Assembly (NCBI RefSeq): GCF_006345805.1
Contig: NC_042999.1
Coordinates: 138,384,001-138,448,000, forward strand
Reading direction: 5' to 3'
Length of the DNA: 64,000 nt
Origin: Octopus sinensis
Lineage: Eukaryota
Positions 13,563 to 28,382 of the stretch are shown piece by piece. Each line of letters opens with the position of its first letter. Position 1 is the stretch's first letter. The translations under genes and the position numbers were made by a program. The notes under the pieces are model-generated. The model searched no databases, was not told the DNA's origin, and saw only the letters and a program-made list of their open reading frames with translations.

Positions 13563-15885
13563 ATTCTTTGGTTGTCTTCTACTAGGGGTTCGTCTTCCTC
13601 TTCTATCCATTCGCGCTCACTCCGATAGTTTGAAAATATTTCTCAGTTAGTATCATCGCCCCCTTGTGACAAGATGAGGTGGGGTATTATAGCCTATGGA
13701 GATAAAGAAAAGGTGCGCCTGGTCTTTACTTTGCCTGGGCACAAAGTAACTTTCTTCGTAATCACCTGGATTGTGACCCGTACTGTTCTGCAGATTAGGG
13801 TCTGTTGCTATAGCTGCTGCTGTGAATAAATCTCCTCCTACATTTCTCTCTCACTGTCATTCGGTGGCCATGATTGGGGAAAGTGGTCCTTTGCTGCTCT
13901 TGTACGCAGAAATTATTCAATGGGGTTTTGCTATCCTATATCACTATCATCATTCTTGATTAGTATTTAATTTTATTGACGAAAAGTTGAAAGGCAACGG
14001 GACATGCGCAGAATTTGAACTCAGAATGTAGAAAACCGGAACTAATGTCGCAAACACAGAAGCAAAAACTCAAAATGGCATGTCTTGGTAGAGATAAACT
14101 TATAAACCGACACACACACGTATACAATCGCGCTTACACTCTTACACACACACACATACACACACACACGTACATACCCCACACTTGCACCGCACCGCAC
14201 GCACACACACATACATGAACTTACATTTCTTTAAATAATTAAAGCTAGTTTATCATTTTCGAACGGAAGTAAATTGAGTGCAGTTGCTCGAATACAGTTG
14301 CATGGCAATGTTGAGGAGGATGGCAACAAGACTGATAGTAATAATTGTAGTGGTGGTAAATGTGATGCTGGGTGATGGGTAATGATAATGATGATGATTA
14401 TGATTGTTATGACGATGATGGTTTTTGTATTGATGATAGTTGAAAATAGGAATTATGATGGCAGTGATGATGATTATGATGTGATAGAAGTGATGGTGAT
14501 GGTGGCTGTGGAGAAAATTATCATGATAATCAGAATGATAAATGATAATGTTGATTAGTCCAATGAAAGTATAATGTTGACGATAATATTAATGATAAGA
14601 ATCATAATGATGAAGGCAATGACTATGATGAACGCGATGAGGGTAATGACATTAATGATGATGAACATTGTGGAGATAATAATGGTGATGTAAAGAAGGA
14701 GAAGTTGGAGGAAGAGGAATGCGGATAGACGAGATTTGTGCTCAGTATGGTGGTTGAATGTATCTTTTGAATCAAATGGTATGAATCCATATTATGAGTT
14801 AGAACGTGGCAAGTGAGCGTTAGAAGCTTCATAGATAAGATTACTGTAGAACTGCTGATAGTATATATGGGTGGTAGTATCAGCATGCTTCCTTCCGGTC
14901 TTAGATAATTTACATGAATATTTCTAATTTTGTTGCTCTTGAGTTTTATTTTATTTAATTTTTTTTTTTGTATTAGTCTACTGCTTTTCTGCTGTTTGCT
15001 GAAGGAAACGGTCTCTGCCATGGTTTAAATGGAGAATTTCTTGAGCTTTGTGTTCCTGTTTCTGTGTATATTTTATTGTCAGATGTTGAAAATACTGCTT
15101 CTGGTCCATCTTTAGATAAACTCTGAGCAAACAGGCCCATGACCGTAAGGTATTATAAATGTAACCAACTTGTCTTGTTTTGTCTTTCGATCACAGTGTA
15201 TCCAATGTACTGTTACCTGTCGAAGAGGGTCGGTGTGATTTAGAGGAGAGAACCTTTCCTTTATGTGTGGTTGTTGGAAAGATTTATTTTTAAAAATAAG
15301 AGCATTTGTTTACTTATGAATTGGGGGACATATTGCCTGAGTGTATTATTGCAACATATGTTGAAGCTGTTGTAACAATTGTTCATCTAGTTAAATACGT
15401 TTCTTCGTATGTACTTGTATCGGCGTTCATCCGGTTGTGCATAATCAAGGACAGAGGTCAACTAGACTCTGATGAAATGATCGTTAACCTGTCTCAATTC
15501 CAGCGGTTAACGCCATCGATGCGTGGACCAGAAATCGATTCAAGATTCGAACGTGCTAATCCATGTTATCATATATCCATCTCGTTGTTTTACGACATCC
15601 TGAGAGGGGCTGGAGTCTGGTACCACTACAGTGCAGATTAATCTCCTCGTTGAGGATGAAGTGCATAATTATGATAATGATAACTAAAATTGTAATAATT
15701 ATTTTATTTATGGGGCATGCAATCTGTAATCATTAGGATTTGTATGAAATCTTTTCCATTCTAACCCTCTGTCATCAGAACGCGATTTTAAGATACCGAG
15801 AGGTAAGCTGAAAGGGTAACCTGAAATCGCTACACTGGGCTGATTAATGCCTTGCGAGTGAATTTGGTAGACACAAACTGTATGA

Positions 15886-15974
<89 letters not shown>

Positions 15975-16190
15975 GTCTGTCTGTCTATCTCTGTTTCTGT
16001 GTGTCTGTCTATCTGTGTCTGTCTGTCTCTGTCTGTATATCTGTGTGTCTGTCTCTGTGTGTCTGTCTCTGTGTGTCTATCTGTGTCTGTCTGTCTCTGT
16101 CTGTGTATCTGTCTGTCTGTCTGTCTGCCTGTCTGTCTGTCTGTCTCTCTCTCTCACTATATATGCGTGTGTGCGTGCGTGTGTGTGTTT
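15886..16190. repeat. (TATC)n/(TGTC)n microsatellite
   Basis: Directly visible. Confidence 0.95.
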
Positions 16191-16440
16191 GCCTTTGTTT
16201 CCCCCGCCTACTGCCTGACAGTCGATTTGGTTAGTTCATATTCCTGTAACCTTGCGGCTCAGCAAAAGACCCGATAGAATAAGTCATATTTTATAGTAAT
16301 TACTAGAGTTGATTTGTTCGACCTAAACCCTTCATGGTAGAGGTTCGGCATGGCCGCATTCTAATGACTGAAACAAGTGATAAAAGTGATGCGCAAGCAA
16401 TACGCATTTGGGAGAAGGCTATAATTTAATTAAACTTTTG

Positions 16441-16832
16441 TACTTTAAGCATAAGGCCCGAAATTTTGGGGCCGGGGCCAGTATATTAGATCGATCCCAG
16501 TGCGCAACTGGTACTTAATTTATCGATCCCGAAAGGATGAAAGGCAAAGTCAATCTCGGCGGAATTTGAACTCAGAGCTTAGCGGCAGACGAAATACCTA
16601 TTTCTTTACTACCCACAAGGGGCTAAACACAGAGGGGACAAACAAGGACAGACAAACGGATAAGGTCGATTATATCGACCCCAGTGCGTAACTGGTACTT
16701 ATTTAATCGACCCCGAAAGGATGAAAGGCAAAGTCGACATCGGAGGAATTTGAACTCTGAACGTAGCAGCAGACGAAATACGGCTACGCATTTAGCCCAG
16801 CGTGCTAACGTTTCTGCCAGCTCACCGCCTTA
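16441..16832 (-). mobile_element. SINE family A with tandemly repeated body
   Basis: Single head at ~16770-16832; the B-box/body module occurs twice, joined at GAAATAG|GTATTTCGTCTG. Confidence 0.88.
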
Positions 16833-17164
16833 TTAATTAAACTGATACGAGAATGTGGACTGATAGTTATTTATCCCGTAAGCAAAAAGCAAAATGTTAG
16901 GATTTAAACTAAGTAGAATGTTGTTCCTAAATAGCACTACACATTTCATCCTCTTTTTTATCATTTCTGACACCCAATCATATCACAATATAACAAATTG
17001 TAGTTACAACAGAAGCTGAATTAAAGTAAAAGTAGCAGGAAACGTTCTAGTACTTGTAGCAATAGTAGATACATATTACTTTTTTGTGAGCAGGTGTCTC
17101 TACATAATCACAGGATATGCTAGATATAGCAGCCACATCACCCTTTAACTGAACTAAACCCTTT

Positions 17165-17375
17165 CTATTATAGGCACAATTCTGAAATTTTGTGTGGAGA
17201 GGATTAGTCAATTAGATTGATCCCAGGGTTCAAATGGTATTTATTTTATTGATCCCGAAAGAATGAAAAGCAAAGTTGACCGCGGAGGTATTTGAACTCA
17301 GATCTTTAATCCGGAAGAAATACCACTAAGCATTATGTTCGGTGTGCTAACGATTCTGCCAGCTCTACGCCTTAA
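17165..17375 (-). mobile_element. SINE family A, diverged copy
   Basis: Homologous to other family A copies. Confidence 0.75.
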
Positions 17376-17983
17376 ACTGAACTCAAATAATGATAGTGGG
17401 CTTGCATAATGTTGTCCTACAAATACTCATAAAGACAGAGCGGTCATAGCTCGAATGCTTTTGATCATTGGTCGGCTCCTCCAGGATTGACCAGGTAAGC
17501 AACAACAACTATAAGAACGACATCAGTTTATACATTTAAGCGTTCTCTAAAAGATAATGTAGAAACACTTGAGTGGCTTTTAATCTATCTCCGGTTTCAT
17601 AAATATTTCCCTAAGATAAATACTCTGGAGACTGTCGTGGATCTATTCATTAAGCCAATAGGAGGACTTGACCTCAGTTAACGATAAAATCATTAATCTT
17701 AAAATAATCTCACTGTTTACAGCTGTGAGTTATACGACGCCATGGTGTATACCTTAGCGGATTGACTCATCTGGGAGTTAAGTGTCTTGATCAGGGACCC
17801 AGTGCAGTGTTAGAGAAAAGTAGGAATCTTAATTTGATAATCCAAATCATTAATGAGATGCACTCTGCAGCTCTCATTTGTTTTAATGATATATAACGAT
17901 ATGATTTGTTAAATAAACAATTAATAAGGTTTGCTCTCTTGAAAAAAAAATTACGATATACGAATTATAATTTTCGACTGGTC

Positions 17984-18019
<36 letters not shown>

Positions 18020-18020
<1 letters not shown>

Positions 18021-18615
18021 TATCAGCTAAGCCCGGTTTCACCTGGTCAGTTTGGATGATGTGGCTGTAAAACCTGCTCTGTGTAAGCATTCGACTTGTT
18101 TGGGCACGCTTGCGTTAAAAAAACAATTTTAGAATGACTTTTTTCTGTCAAAACGCTAAAAATAATTGACCAAAAAAAAAACAACCAAGATTCAACCAAA
18201 TCAAAAAATAAACCCAAATACTAAGCGAACAAAGATAAACCATTCCACTTCCATTGCGTGCGCATACGCACACACACACACATTCACATACCCCCCCCTT
18301 TACATACACACACATATATTCACATAGAATTGAAACACTGAATTATTTTTTCAGCGTACAATTTTCATCATCCCATTACCAAGTATGACATCACCCCTTC
18401 CTTCCTTATTCATCTATCACCCCTTCCTTTCTCATTCATAAACACAAGAGTATTATTATAGTAGATTATCTCGGTAACCATGGGTGCTATGAAAACAATA
18501 CAAAGCCCAGCAACACCACCGGATCATTCTACACATGTGTGCAATTTTTCGCGCAATTCCACCCAGCTGTTTGACCGTGAATCCCAAGACAAGAGAGAAT
18601 CGTCCATGTGAAATT

Positions 18616-18625
<10 letters not shown>
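18020..18625 (-). mobile_element. Non-autonomous Helitron-like element (composite, diverged)
   Basis: Minus strand ends in a hairpin-like GACCAGGTGAAACCGGGC followed by ATAG|T; internal A|TCTACTATAATAATA 5'-type end at 18465; lies in (AT)n. Confidence 0.55.
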
Positions 18626-18662
<37 letters not shown>

Positions 18663-18668
18663 TATATA

Positions 18669-18935
18669 CTAGCAGTATCGCCCGGCGTTGCTCGGGTTTG
18701 TAAGGGAAATAACTATATAAGCATTTTTAGAGATGTAAAGTATAATAGCCATCTCAATATGGCTAACCACAAAGGATGGGGGGTGTTACTGTAGCTTTTT
18801 ACGTTCTGAGATTTAATAATACATTTTTAGAGAGTTACCCGGTTTTGGTTAAACTGCACCGCAAAATGTGGGAGTAGTTAGGAATCTAAATCGTAGGAGA
18901 CAGACAGCACACAACCTCTCTTTTATATATAAAGA
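18669..18935 (-). mobile_element. Non-autonomous Helitron (267 bp)
   Basis: Minus strand: A|TCTTTATATATAAAAG 5' end, subterminal hairpin CCCGAGCAACGCCGGG, CTAG|T 3' end, no TSD, inserted between A and T of an (AT)n tract. Confidence 0.8.
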
Positions 18936-19816
18936 TATATATATATATATATAACATTGATTGAAGAATCCTTAGAATACAAAAGGCGATAAACACGTTT
19001 ATCCTGTGTTCAAGTCTGTCTCTGTAGTTTAAGTGTTATGCTCATTAAACTTCATACTTTATGTAAGAGCATTTATAAGAAATTTAGCTAAAAGAATATA
19101 AAATCGAGATGAAGACCCAAATTACTTTCTTCCGAAACAAAGGAGGCATACTTTTTTAGATAGAAAACAATATTCTTTCTTGTATAAGTGGTAACAGTGA
19201 ACTGACTGGCTTCAAGTAAGAATTGAAAGCGCGTCAGCTTGTTAGGAGTTCATCTATTGCTCAATATAGCTTGCTGTTATTTAAACAAAGATATATTGTT
19301 TATTTTGAGTTTTCTCTCTCTACGTCGAGCTGGAAGGCAGATGACGTAGACGGTCTCGATATGACGTATTTCACACTTTATAATCCAGAACTTGATCTGA
19401 TACAACTTAGTTTGTTATAAAAGTACGTCAACATAAACGCGTCTATATAAATCCTTGTTAAGTTGAAGCAGTAGTAAAAATCATATATTTTTTATATTTT
19501 CTGATGATTAATTGTTGATTGACGTTAAGAAATGACTGGATAGAGGAAATATTTAATTATGAACTCATGGTTTGCAATTTTAAGACCGCTGCCGGCTTTC
19601 CCTTGTGTTTCCTGAGGATTTGAAATTAATCTTTACCTCCAAAATATAGATGTCGGAAACAGAGAGACTACAGACTTTCTGACAAAAGCTGATGGGGCTA
19701 GGTTTGCAAGATAACGCCCCCGCCCCACATATGTATGTGTATAGCTTTGATAATGTCAACATACAAGGGATCCATATAGTGATCTCTCATATTGTTTATA
19801 TTTAAATAGAAAGAGG

Positions 19817-19851
<35 letters not shown>

Positions 19852-20161
19852 TGAGTGAAAGTGATATAGCATAAACATACAGAAGAGTATTTATAATAAA
19901 GGAAGTTTTAGTTCTACTGTGATAATGGATACTAAGGTTGTCTCAGTTTTCCGGTGGCCAAGAAAAGGATCGGCTTTACTTGTTTCAGCGGTCATTACTA
20001 CTTCATCGGAAATCAGTTACTCATTTTCTTGACCAAAAGAGAGATTAATAACTTACAGATATTTGCAATATACCCAAACTCGGATAAACCTTACCAGATC
20101 TGTTCTACTTTGAACACACACACACACACACACACACACAACACACACACACACACACACA

Positions 20162-20240
<79 letters not shown>

Positions 20241-21109
20241 ATATATATATCATTACTATTATGTTAAACTGTCATATGTCCAAATTTGGCCAAATGCATT
20301 TTTTCAATATTTATTTTTGCTGGCAATAGCCGGTTCTTTGGTCAAACTATCGTATCTCCAGTTGTTTCAGATACCAAGATATCAAAAATTGTCAAACTGT
20401 AGTACAGCAGTTTTGCTATGGAATGGTGAAATTATGTTTTCGTTTTCTGAAACAGCAACGTTTTGGACTTACGACACTTTTGCATAACAGCAACGACATA
20501 TATTTGTGTGTGTATGCGCATATGTATCATGAGTATTTGACTATTCAGTTGTTTGTAATATATGAAATGCCTTATTGCTAACATAAGCACAGGGTTAGAA
20601 ATAGAGCAGAGTGAGACAGAGTCGATTATACTGATGCTGAGATCTGACTGATGCTTTATTATGACAACCAAAAGAATGACAGGTAAAATCGACAGCAGCT
20701 GAATTTGAACTCAGGACATATAGAGACGTAACAAATTTTCTCCGCCACTTTACAAATTCTGTCAATCCACCACACTTGCAACCACCACTACCGTTACTAT
20801 GAGTTTTCATCTTTCCTTCGTTCGTTCTCCTCTTCCCTCGTCTTTTCCCTCTACATTCAAAGAAGAAATATATCCGAAACGTCATACTCTTACGCTATAA
20901 CTCCCATTTTATATATTTTTCCTTCCTTGAGCGTCAACCTAATGTTAACTGTGGATGTCTCATGGACTTTTGTTGTCTTTTGTACTTTTGTGTTTTGTAT
21001 TTTATTTGCTCATTTCCTCTCCCTCTCTCCCTATATATATATGTGTGTGTATGTATGTATGTATGTATGTATGTATGTATGTATGTATGTATGTATGTAT
21101 GTATGTATG

Positions 21110-21146
<37 letters not shown>

Positions 21147-22073
21147 CGTGCACATGCAGATACCCAATATATATATACTCATTATTAAAGCCTGAAGCAC
21201 TGCAATATTTTCTTAATTTTGTAGCTTCAGTGCAGTAGGAAGAAAACAAAAACCTAATTGTAAATGCTAGTTCTTTCAAAGGAATAAAGAAGATCATTCA
21301 AATAAAGAATTAATTTCTCAAATTAATTTAAACGACCCGAGAAAGAACAGTATGCTCTTTGTTTTCAGACAAGTGACAGTTGTGGACACATGTTTCGGCC
21401 AATTTAACATCGTCAGTATATACGGTCTACTGAAGTCAGCAGATCAGTAGGTAGAACTTCTTTTAGCATATAAAAAAGGAGGAACGCGTCTTTAAATATA
21501 CATATCTTTTTTTTTTTTTTTAGAATAATTGGTATATCAAGAAATAAAAAGAGCTTAGAGAAATGTTACAAAGATAGCAACAAAATTAATTTTAATAATT
21601 AAGTTAAGCGTAAGTAACGTGCGCAATAAATTCATTAATTTATTCAAAAGAGGAGGCCGTATTAAGCGGCGATATCAAATAGACCGAAATATGTTTATGG
21701 CTGTCTTTTGCCTCTATACAAAGATCACATTTTTCTTTCTGTAAGCATATATATTAACGTCAAAAATTTAATTTATACATTTTTATATAGATTATTTCTT
21801 TCATCTTTTATCTAAATTACCGTCCATACTTAATTAGCGAATTTCATGCCATTGGACACTTTGAGTTACTTTTCTTAGCTGTTTTTTATTTCATCATGCA
21901 AATTATTCTTAACCTATAATTTACATAACTATTTCTATATGTCAAAACCTCTCCACTGTTCTTCAGGCTTCAAAAGACTGTAGGACACTACACACACACA
22001 CACACACACACACAGAGGCGCGCGCACCTATATACACATACACACACACATTCATATGTATGTATGTAAGTAT

Positions 22074-22134
<61 letters not shown>

Positions 22135-22190
22135 CATATACATAAATACATATATATACATATATATATATGTGTGTGTGTGTGTATATA

Positions 22191-22325
22191 CATAACACCA
22201 AAGATTCTTTGAAAGCTGCCATAGTCAGAGTAATGTCCAAAATGAAGCAGGACCATTTGATTCGAGCATGTAAAGGATTTAGATCTCATATAGAAGCAGT
22301 TATTGAAGCTGAAGGTGGCGTTTAA
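22191..22325 (+). mobile_element. Tc1/mariner (maT, DD37D-like) transposase C-terminal fragment
   Basis: HNTKDSLKAAIVRVMSKMKQDHLIRACKGFRSHIEAVIEAEGGV* resembles the maT/Tc1 terminal motif. Confidence 0.65.
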
Positions 22326-22381
22326 CATTACAGAATAGAAGGTTTATTTTTATCCTCATAACATTTTTTTATTGTTATATG

Positions 22382-22423
<42 letters not shown>

Positions 22424-22504
22424 CATAAAATAAATCACGACCAACACCTTCATGACCATTACTACGATGGATGTATTTCTCCTCTTGGTCATCATCATCA
22501 TTAC

Positions 22505-22540
<36 letters not shown>

Positions 22541-22737
22541 TCCTAACACATACTTCTGTCACCCCTATCTTGCTCCTATTGGTTTAGCTATCTTTCTACC
22601 AAGCTGTTTTCTGTTGGAATCATTCTTATAAGAAATCACACGCACACACAGATCGCCTATTATACATACATGCATGTAAGCACATATCTAAAGATACCCC
22701 GCACTCACACGCATAAGTATATGTAATTATGTATATA

Positions 22738-22955
22738 TGAGGGGGTACTAAAAAGTTCCTGGCTTTGGATAAAAGAAAATACAGGAGGATCAGTTAATTA
22801 TAATTTTATTCTAACAAATTCCCCCCTCAGATTCCCGCACATTTTGCAGCGGTCCTTCAGTTTTTCTAAGCCCTGTAAAAGAACTTGGAAGTTTGGGCCT
22901 CCAGCCATGCCTTTCATGATAGTCTTAAAGCCAGGAACTTTTCAGCACTCCCTCG
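22738..22955 (+). mobile_element. Mariner-type MITE (218 bp)
   Basis: TA TSD; TIRs (C/T)GAGGGGGTACTAAAAAGTTCCTGGCTTT and AAAGCCAGGAACTTTTCAGCACTCCCTCG; second copy at 31970. Confidence 0.85.
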
Positions 22956-22970
22956 TATGTATATATACTC

Positions 22971-23337
<367 letters not shown>

Positions 23338-24971
23338 TTTTAATACTTTTGATATATATTTAAAATAATATAAATTAATTAATTTTATGTATTGGCTTAT
23401 GTTTTCATTGTTTGATTTGCCTAATAGTGGTTTTATCTCTAATTTAATATAATATAATATATTTATACTATAAAATTGGATTTAATCCTAAATCTGATTT
23501 TTCCCTGTAAATTTGGATTTATTCCCTAATATTTTATTATATATATATATATTCCCCTTCTTCTCTCTCTTCCTCTTGCTCCTCCTCCCCCATTCCCGTC
23601 GTCCATCTGCGACGATACTTCCGTCGTAACTGCTATCCTGTCTTTTCTCGCCCGCCTTCTAAGGCTACTGGTCGACATTCTTTCTCTCTCGTCGTCCACT
23701 ATAATCCAGCGTTTGCAATACTTTTTTCGTCTGGCGTTAACAGCCCTTCTTATCTTGTTCTCCTTGTCCTGTCTCTCACTGTTATATATTTATTTTTCCA
23801 CTGTTTATATATATATTTTTTACTGTTTATATGTTTGTACTGTCGTTACCGTCTTGCTTTTTTTACCCCTCTGCGAAAAGATCTCAGAATTTTAATTGAT
23901 TTGCTTTTCGCAGGAAGGAAGTTTTCTTCGAAGTATACGTCTCGCTTTTATCCTTCGAAACGTTTAGTAGATGAAACTTTAGCGACTGAAGAAGGGGATT
24001 TTTCGTTGTGCTTATTGTCCTGTATCTCTTTTTTTGCTTGTCCTGTTCCTTGGTTTGTGTCTATGTTTTTCGTCTCTCTATGTGTTCGACGTCTTTTTGG
24101 TGTCCTGTACACATATATGCGTGTATATGTACATGTAGAGGTAGGTACGTACATATATGTTTATATATATGCATATGTTCTATTTTATTAACATATATAT
24201 ATATATATATATATATGCAAAGATATATGCATACATGTACTCACATTTACAGCTATGTGAGTAAATATGTACATTCATTCACATATCCTATACACGTATG
24301 TACACATAAAATCAGATATAAATTCATAAAACAAATTGACGTTTTGGTGCTAGTGTTTCGTTGAGTCCACGTGCTAGTTCCTATGATGTAAATGGTTGTC
24401 AACATGTCCATGTGTGCGCGCACGCCTGTCTGTTTATGTCAGGTCGGGTGTGTGTATGTCTTCAGAGTGAGTTTGTTTGCTTCGGTTAAATTAGTAAGCC
24501 AACAAGAATAACTCTTCTGTGTTGCATGTTGTCGTTTATAGCTTTCAAGTGTTGGTTATATGATTGTCACAAAAGCGGAAAACTACTCGGAAACGTATAA
24601 TACATAGCTTGTTTTTTTTGTATTTTTTTTTTATATATATAAGTATTTCGAATGTCGTCTGTCTGATTCATCCGTCATCAACATTGTATGAATTATCAAT
24701 TTATTATTATTTTTTTTTTACTTCAGAGTAGGAACAGACCACTAGAATGAAAACAAAAAATCATCTTTATGTCAGAGTTCACAAAATTTAGTATCCGCTT
24801 TAACGTACCTCTGGTCAACGAGGCGACAGCAGACACCGACGTTAACAGTACCCTCAATGACTTAATTCATATTCTATAATAGAGTTGTTTGTATAGTACT
24901 TCTACACAGACACACACACACGCACACACACTCACCCGCCCACATATATACATAGACACATACACACACTT

Positions 24972-25002
<31 letters not shown>

Positions 25003-25021
25003 TATATATACACACACACAA

Positions 25022-25321
25022 AACTTGGCTCAGTGGTTAGAGTGTCGATTCCCTGACTGGGCTGCGTGTTGTGTTCTTGAGCAAGACACTTTATTTCACG
25101 TTGCTTCAGTTCACTCAGCTGTAGAAAAGAGTTGCGACGTCACAGGTGCCAAGCTGTATCGGCCTATGCCTTTCCCTTGGATAACATCGGTGGCGTGGAG
25201 AAGGGAGGCTGGTATTTTTGGGCGACTACTGGTCTTCCATAAACAGCCTTGCTCGGACTTGTGCTTCGGAGGGTACCTTTGTAGGTGCAATCCCATGGTC
25301 ATTCATGACTGAAGGGGGTCT
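25022..25321 (+). mobile_element. tRNA-derived SINE, family C
   Basis: TGGCTCAGTGGTTAGAG A-box, then TGTGTTCTTGAGCAAGACACTTT conserved central motif. Confidence 0.75.
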
Positions 25322-25528
25322 CGAATATACATATATACATGCACACACCAACTTTGTATATATATATATATAATATATATATATATATACACAACATACA
25401 CAACAAAACTGTCCGAGTATCATGTTTTGTTATATTTCTGCTGCTTTTAAATAAAGCATATTACTCTACCTCTGGTATTTGAGTACTCTTTTTTCCACCT
25501 TGTTTCACATTTATGTGCTTACTCCGGT

Positions 25529-25588
<60 letters not shown>

Positions 25589-25608
25589 ATATTATATATA
25601 TATATATA

Positions 25609-25806
25609 TGTAGGTCCCGGGTTGATTCGGGGTTAACCACAGTAAATAAGGTACTCAATACATAGCAGAGTAAAATTAATTTATTATATAGAAGGAGCTT
25701 CTACAGGACTAGAACTGTTTAATTCAAGAGAAATCTTCAGGAAGCTTCCTGAAGATTTCTCTTGAATGAAACAGTTCTAGTCCTGTAGAAGCTCCTTCTA
25801 TATAAT
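25609..25806. mobile_element. Probable Penelope-like terminal-repeat fragment ending in a 124-bp near-perfect palindrome (25683-25806)
   Basis: 61 of 62 pairs match, no spacer, centre GAAG|CTTC; CTGAAGA...GAAAC HHR-like core in the right arm. Confidence 0.55.
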
Positions 25807-25859
25807 ATATATATATATATATAGATATATATATATATGTATATATATTATGTGTGTGT

Positions 25860-25909
<50 letters not shown>

Positions 25910-25920
25910 CTCACAGATAC

Positions 25921-25999
<79 letters not shown>

Positions 26000-26005
26000 C
26001 ATACA

Positions 26006-26051
<46 letters not shown>

Positions 26052-26134
26052 CATACATATATATACATGTATATATTATTAGTTTTAAAAATGGAGAGAT
26101 TCGATGAATATAAATGAATTTATTAATTATCATC

Positions 26135-26174
<40 letters not shown>

Positions 26175-27444
26175 CACATACTTTACACACACACACACAC
26201 ATATGAGACAAACAGGCAACTTTTGAGTTCGTATCTTGCTGCCAGCTTTTCGTTGCAATGCAGATAGTTTACTTCCTCAGATTATTAGGGAGAGGTAGTA
26301 GAATGCCTGGGCTATTTGTATGAGGTATTTACTAACATTCCTTTATGTTCTTACCGAGTTCGACTTTTGGTTTTAATCCGTTCAAGTTCAATAAAAAGTT
26401 CACAAGCCGGATTTATTCAGTCGACTTAACCTTCCTCTAAAAGTAATAGGATAGGATATGGAATGTCTTACTCACCAATATTCCATTGTGAATGGTAGCA
26501 AGCATAGACGTGAGCTTTTTAACTTAACATAACCAGTGAGTTTTTACTCATCCAAAGTTTTGGTCTTGTGCCTGAATTTGAGACAATTATTTGTTGAGGA
26601 TGTAATTAGTACAGATGTTAGAAATTTGAACAAAATGTCGTGTTATTTAATTATGTAGCTTTATGCGAAAGGCGGCGGAATATCAGAATTGCTAGAGGGT
26701 TGGACAAAATATTATGCAATATCTAATTACGGCCCTTTTCGTTCGGAGTTCAAATCCTACCGAAGTCGAATTTGGCGTTCATCTTCCAACATGCATAAAA
26801 TAATGCACCAGTCAAACACTGAGGTCAGTAGGATCGACTGTACACCTTCCACCAAAAGCCTAACTATTTTTCCCGCTTCTATACAGCACATTCATAAGAT
26901 ATGAACAAATGGCTCACCTTTTTATAACAACTTACGACTTTTACTAAGAACCACTCGCCTATGTAATTACGTACAAAATATCTCTCAAAACAAAGCAATA
27001 CAAACATACATAAGCACTACACAACACATATCCAACATGTATATGCTCATATAACATCCACTCTTACTCATTACACATATTCATACACATACAACCAGCT
27101 ACATTTGCAACAAACTCCGTTCGTATATATCTCACATGTATCTCTTATTCCGTTCTCTCACCTGGTGATACTTTTCATTTCTTCTACTATTTGCTTCTCC
27201 CTTTCAGTCTACGTGACTGATGAAAACGCATAAATTTCTCCTCTTCTTAAAATTTTCTTTTCATTTCTCGCCTTTTACCCCACTCCTTTCCTCGTCGAAG
27301 GACGACTGTCCGAAGGTTCAAAATTCTATTTCTCCCTTACAATGCAAAACTAAAATTCTATACTATGAACTTTTGTTCGTTGTGTTTTTCTGACGTTGAC
27401 TACGTTCTAGGTTACATAGGAATGCACCCACTTTAGATTACACT

Positions 27445-27660
27445 GGTTTTATTAGCGAGCTGGCAGAATCGTTAGCACGCTGAGCAAGATACTTAACGTC
27501 ATTCCGTTCGACTTTACGTTCTGAGTTCACATTCTGCAGTAGTCGACTTTGCTTTTCAGTCTCTCGGAGTCGATAAAATAGGTACCAGTTGAACACTTGG
27601 ATCAATGTAATTGGCTTAGCCCTTCCCCAAACTTACTGGCCTTGTGCTAAAATTTGAAAC

Positions 27661-27711
<51 letters not shown>

Positions 27712-27943
27712 CATCATCATTAAGGCAGCGAGCTTGCAGAGTCGTTGTCGCGCCGGAAAAATTGCTTAACGGCATTTCTTCTGACTTTACGTTCTAAGTT
27801 CAAATTCCGTCGAGACCGACTTTGCCTTTCACCTTACGGAGTCGATAAAATAAGTACTAGTCGAGTTGTGAGATCGATGTAATCGATTTACCGCCCCCAC
27901 CCCGAAATTGTTGGCTTAGTACCAAAAATTGAAATCATTATTC
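27445..27943 (+). mobile_element. Two tandem SINE family A copies separated by (ATT)n
   Basis: Heads at ~27450 and ~27722; second copy's tail interrupted by the MITE at 27944. Confidence 0.8.
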
Positions 27944-28382
27944 GGATCTTTTCGGTTTGAACTGCAGTATTTAACATAATTTCTAGGTAACTAAAAAAAT
28001 TTTAAACTTCGTATACTGGTAGAATGTGTTTATAAAACATCTTTTTCTCTTGGCTTTATTGAGAAAATTCTATAGTTTGTAAGATATTTGTTGTTATTTT
28101 TCTTCAATTTCTGCAATTTCAACCAATCACTGACGTCCATTGAGGTAAAAAAAACATTCTGTGCCGTATGAATATGTTCCTCGTTTAAGAAACAGATTGG
28201 GTTTATTTACATTTGTGAAGAAAAAAGATACACTTCCCCTCACCCTAACCCTAACCCTAATCCTAACTAACCCTAACCCTAAAACAGATTGAAATGCAAT
28301 AGGTCGATACTAGGGTCATAATTATGGGTGATAATTTCATATGACACCGCTAGAAAAACTACCGTTCAAACCGAAAAGATCC
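27944..28382. mobile_element. MITE (439 bp) with 19-bp perfect TIRs, 8-bp TSD and internal (CCCTAA)n; Merlin-like or hAT-like
   Basis: TIR GGATCTTTTCGGTTTGAAC (27944-27962) and GTTCAAACCGAAAAGATCC (28364-28382); TSD CATTATTC at 27936-27943 and 28383-28390. Confidence 0.88.

Noticed and set aside
14290-15021. 132-aa minus-strand ORF and a hydrophobic frame in the GAT-rich region
   Set aside because: Decayed (GAT)n low-complexity sequence that lacks stops by composition
15306-15641. 111-aa plus-strand ORF
   Set aside because: No ATG start, no recognisable motif, no supporting splice signals
19580-19760. GC box (GGGGCGGGG, minus strand) with a downstream GGAG|GTAAAG donor-like site
   Set aside because: Short motifs expected by chance; not CpG-island-like
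28243-28282. (CCCTAA)n as a true telomere or fusion scar
   Set aside because: Only ~40 bp and internal to a MITE with intact TIRs and TSD
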